From the NCBI GenBank assembly GCA_051362555.1, contig CM120641.1, positions 15,438,001 through 15,502,000 on the forward strand: DNA of 64,000 nt, given 5' to 3'. Shown piece by piece: positions 60,585-64,000 of this stretch. Below the pieces are notes generated by a model. That model searched no databases and was not told the origin of the DNA. It saw nothing but the letters and a program-made list of their open reading frames with translations. The position numbers and the translations under genes are program-made. Origin of the DNA: Lingula anatina (Eukaryota; Animalia; Brachiopoda). Every line of letters starts with the position of its first letter. The first letter of the stretch is position 1.

Positions 60585-61569
60585 ATGTTGATGAAGGAGA
60601 ATTTAGTCGCTAATTGGATTTGGTTTTTCCTGTTCCAAACCCTGCCAAAACAAGGTGAGTTTTATAAATGGACGAAGACGGACGTAAAATTCCGTCACAT
60701 CGATTCAAACGTTGATGCCTCTGATGGCAATTCGTCATGTTTTGCAAAGCACAGCAACATAGTGTTATTCGTTTTCAATCATAAAGAATTGGGTTTTGCT
60801 ATAAACGGCAAAAAGTCTTTATTTTGAAGCAGAATGTCACTATGACATATGGCAAATGATATGACACATGATTCTGAAACATGATTTTAGTACAGAGTGG
60901 CAAAATGGCCTCTTAGTAGCGTTACAGGAATATTGGGCTGGGAGTCTAGAGTTTAAACCCACTGTGTTACCAGTTTCAGTTTTGTCTTTAGGCGAAGCAT
61001 TAAAATCCATAAGAAAGAAGAGAAAAATGAGTCTCAAAAGAGTGTGTCGGGTAGATTTTAGAAGGAACTATCATCGTCTTTTCTTTTGTTTGAGAAGTTT
61101 TATTGTTTTAAATGAATGGATTGGGAAAGATTTGTAGCATTGCAGGATAAGTGGACATAGAAAATGGACTTACGGAAATTTTCAAACGCGTACAGTGTAC
61201 CTTTACTAAATATCGCGTATATTGTAATTGATGTAATAGGTATATCATCAAATCAGGACAACACAAACGGCAATGACTTCAGTGAGCAAATATGACGACT
61301 ACACTAAGCTGGCGTTAAGGCATTTTGTACATTAGATGATTAAGTGGATGAACGCCTTTAGTTAACATGAATGCAGGCTATGTATTGCAGAATCCATACT
61401 GTTGATTCATAATGTTAGTTTAGAATAGTGACTTTATGATGATATTTTTAGAAATGATACATTTTGTTGTAATTCAGCTGTGACGGTGGCCAAAAATCAT
61501 TATGTCTCTGCTTATATTAAAGCAACAGAGACCGCGAGGGCAAAATCTTCCTCCAGGATATAATGTTGC

Positions 61570-61607
<38 letters not shown>

Positions 61608-63607
61608 TCGCGTGTGTGTTTTTATGTGTTTGGACTGATAATACAATTTTGATGAGTTTTCATGGTTCTGCTTATGGGCTTCCAACGCATTTTGATGACT
61701 GCCATCTTAATTTGGGAGTCATGCCATTCTACCAAACAGCGACTCTCTGAGTCTTCACATCAGTGACACTCATAGTTGTGTAATATTTGCTTAATTTTTA
61801 CTCCCCCATTATTTTTCCTTTTTATGCCCTACAGTGGACAGAAATCAAAAATAATTAAAACTGATATGAAACAGTTATGCAACTTTGTGCGTCACTGTGT
61901 GGATTGCGTCAAATTAGTAGGCTGTGCAATGACATACAGCCCATACAAATTTGCACGAACAAAATCAGTCTGACCGTCTGTTTGTGGGCATAGTTACACG
62001 ACACTCGATGTTTTGAAACCTAAAATCCCAATGAAATCTGGAAGATGAAGGTTCTCCCGCAATAAATCGACTATGTAAGATAAACGATAAATTTAGGAGA
62101 CGGTTGGTTACAACACCTTTGTTTACTGCTGTTTCATGGCATTTCCATGATATTTATCATTGATGAATCCTGTTGGGAATTACAAAAAGCTGTTTTGGCG
62201 AAGTTTCTATGAAAACAGTGCCATAGTTTCATTATTATTTCATTAATTCCTTATACTTTTAAAGGTAATTGCGGTCACTATAGACTAAACTGTAATGCCT
62301 TCATACATATTGCATGTGTGTTCTAACTACAAATAAAAAAAACACGTGTGATTGTCTTTGTATAAGAACATTAAAAATCAATTATTCAGGTAGTATACAT
62401 ATAGAATGATTATGCAGCGCCTTAATTATAGTGAGATCAGGGTGTTATAATTCTTTTGAAATAATCGAGACGAAAAGACAAAAGTCATGATTTGAACAAA
62501 TGCGTTATTATAAGGAACGGTTACGGGGCAGTGGGCTACAAGCCCAATGTTCAAAATTACAATAAAGTAGATGTCAATGTATTACTGAAAAATCAGCAAC
62601 AATTATGAAGTGTGAAGGACAGATTGAGGTCGGAAATTATAGATAGCGGGTTTGTTTGCACACCGTAGCTGACTGTAAACGTTTATTTCAAAAAGTAAAT
62701 TCAAATCAATGACAGTTTCCTTTTCTTTCGAGATATTTGGATGATGATAATGTGGGTCTGCTGTTGTATCATCTTTGTTTAAATCTCTAATTGAACTGGG
62801 GTGAAAAATATTTGCACTGAGAACCAATGCAATGGCTATTTTGGTAGAGCTACAAGCATGGAACAAATTGGAATTGTCGATTTAAGTATTATGACATTAC
62901 TTATTCGAATTAAGTGCATCGTAATTGCTCAGTTTGGTTTAGTGAAAAGGTATATTGATGCAAAGTGTTGAAAACCGCTCACTTGTACACAGAGTAACAG
63001 AAACACGTGGATATTATCACATAGTCCTTCATTCTGGTCTAAAGAAAAAAATTCTCATCCCCCAAAATGAAACAATTGAATGACGGAAGGTAAAGAAAGA
63101 AGCGACCCTTCACCCGTGATATGCAGACTATGAATTCCAATATCGGTGTTTATATTACCTTGCTTTATGTACTCAATTAGTATCATTCTCTGTCAATCAA
63201 GAGATTCCAATTTTATCCGAAACATTAATAAAAATACGATATAAAATGGTATTTGGTCATCGTTTTATCATAAAATTTTCTGTTTATAAAATATAATGCC
63301 TGACATACATGTATGTAATAAAAAAAGACGTATTGTGTACTCTGTGGCATATAATGTACCAAAACGTACGTAATGAAACCCGTTCCCAACACAGAATAAT
63401 AAGTAAAATCCATACGTAGATGGCCATCACGCCAATGTAATGCACGATTGTTGTTTTACAGCGTCAGCAGGCACCAACTGGGAATACGCCCTTAAAACTC
63501 ACTTACTAAACGTGAGCAGATACGACCCCGGAGTCCGACCGGTGTCTGATTACTTCTCTCCCGTCAACGTGTTCCTCAATGTGGCTTTGAATCAAATATT
63601 AAACCTG
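60585..63607 (+). CDS. Cys-loop ligand-gated ion channel, nicotinic acetylcholine receptor-like subunit: first two exons (gene continues beyond the window)
   Basis: Exon 60585-60654 (MLMKENLVANWIWFFLFQTLPKQ, signal-peptide-like, CAAG|gtgagt, phase 1) joins exon 63462-63607 (tttacag|CG ... CTG|gtaagt) encoding ASAGTNWEYALKTHLLNVSRYDPGVRPVSDYFSPVNVFLNVALNQILNL. This fits the E..L...LL...Y...VRPV......V.....L.QI N-terminus and exon layout of nAChR subunits. Exon 2 is more certain than exon 1. Confidence 0.75.
61572..61603. repeat. (GT)n microsatellite
   Basis: Run of GT dinucleotides. Confidence 0.9.
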
Positions 63608-64000
63608 GTAAGTATAGGCTTTATTAATGCCATGTTTGTTATCATGGCTTCATTGGCTTTCATCGTGTTAATGGCTTTCAGTACTGGCATTCACCGAAAT
63701 AGGTGAATTGACAGATCAGTCTGGTAAACTCCATTAATGTAGTAATCGCAGATTCTATAGTTGTGAGTAGCGCCGAGCATACATGTAACAAAGTAGAAAT
63801 TTGATCTCAAATCTGAAGACAAAAAAATGTTATCTGCTTTGATCCAGGGTAATTAAATGGGGATATATTACATATTAAACTAGGGAATAAAAAAAGACGC
63901 ACGATGAACGTTAGATATTTATATTATTTATATAACAAAAATAGAATTTGCCCAAAGAATTCAGCAGTTTTCTCCTTATCACCGATGTATATCTGTGTGC

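Overview
AT-rich eukaryotic (invertebrate, probably lophotrochozoan/mollusc-like) genomic window with spliced genes, assembled by hand from GT-AG sites with consistent phases. In order: a 3-exon stonin/Stoned-B gene (+, 439-13934, 1533 aa) whose N-terminal half also carries a Stoned-A-like motif; an 11-exon COP9 signalosome subunit 4 gene (-, 17970-28249, 404 aa) with a decayed TTAA-flanked, Kolobok-like transposon in intron 4; a KAT6 (MOZ/MORF/Enok) histone acetyltransferase gene with 17 coding exons (-, 30346-49976, 1912 aa); a galactose-3-O-sulfotransferase with one coding exon (-, 55149-56462); and the first two exons of a Cys-loop, nAChR-like receptor subunit (+, from 60585). Most notable: a CCHHC (MYT1/KAT7-type) zinc finger in KAT6 built mostly by a skippable 63-nt exon; an in-frame 26-aa uORF ending TGA-C nine nt before the KAT6 start; a 17 x 146-bp intronic satellite with RORE/DR1 nuclear-receptor sites; a 279-bp inverted duplication; and several DNA transposons/MITEs with visible target-site duplications. 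All homology calls come from recalled motifs, not database searches.
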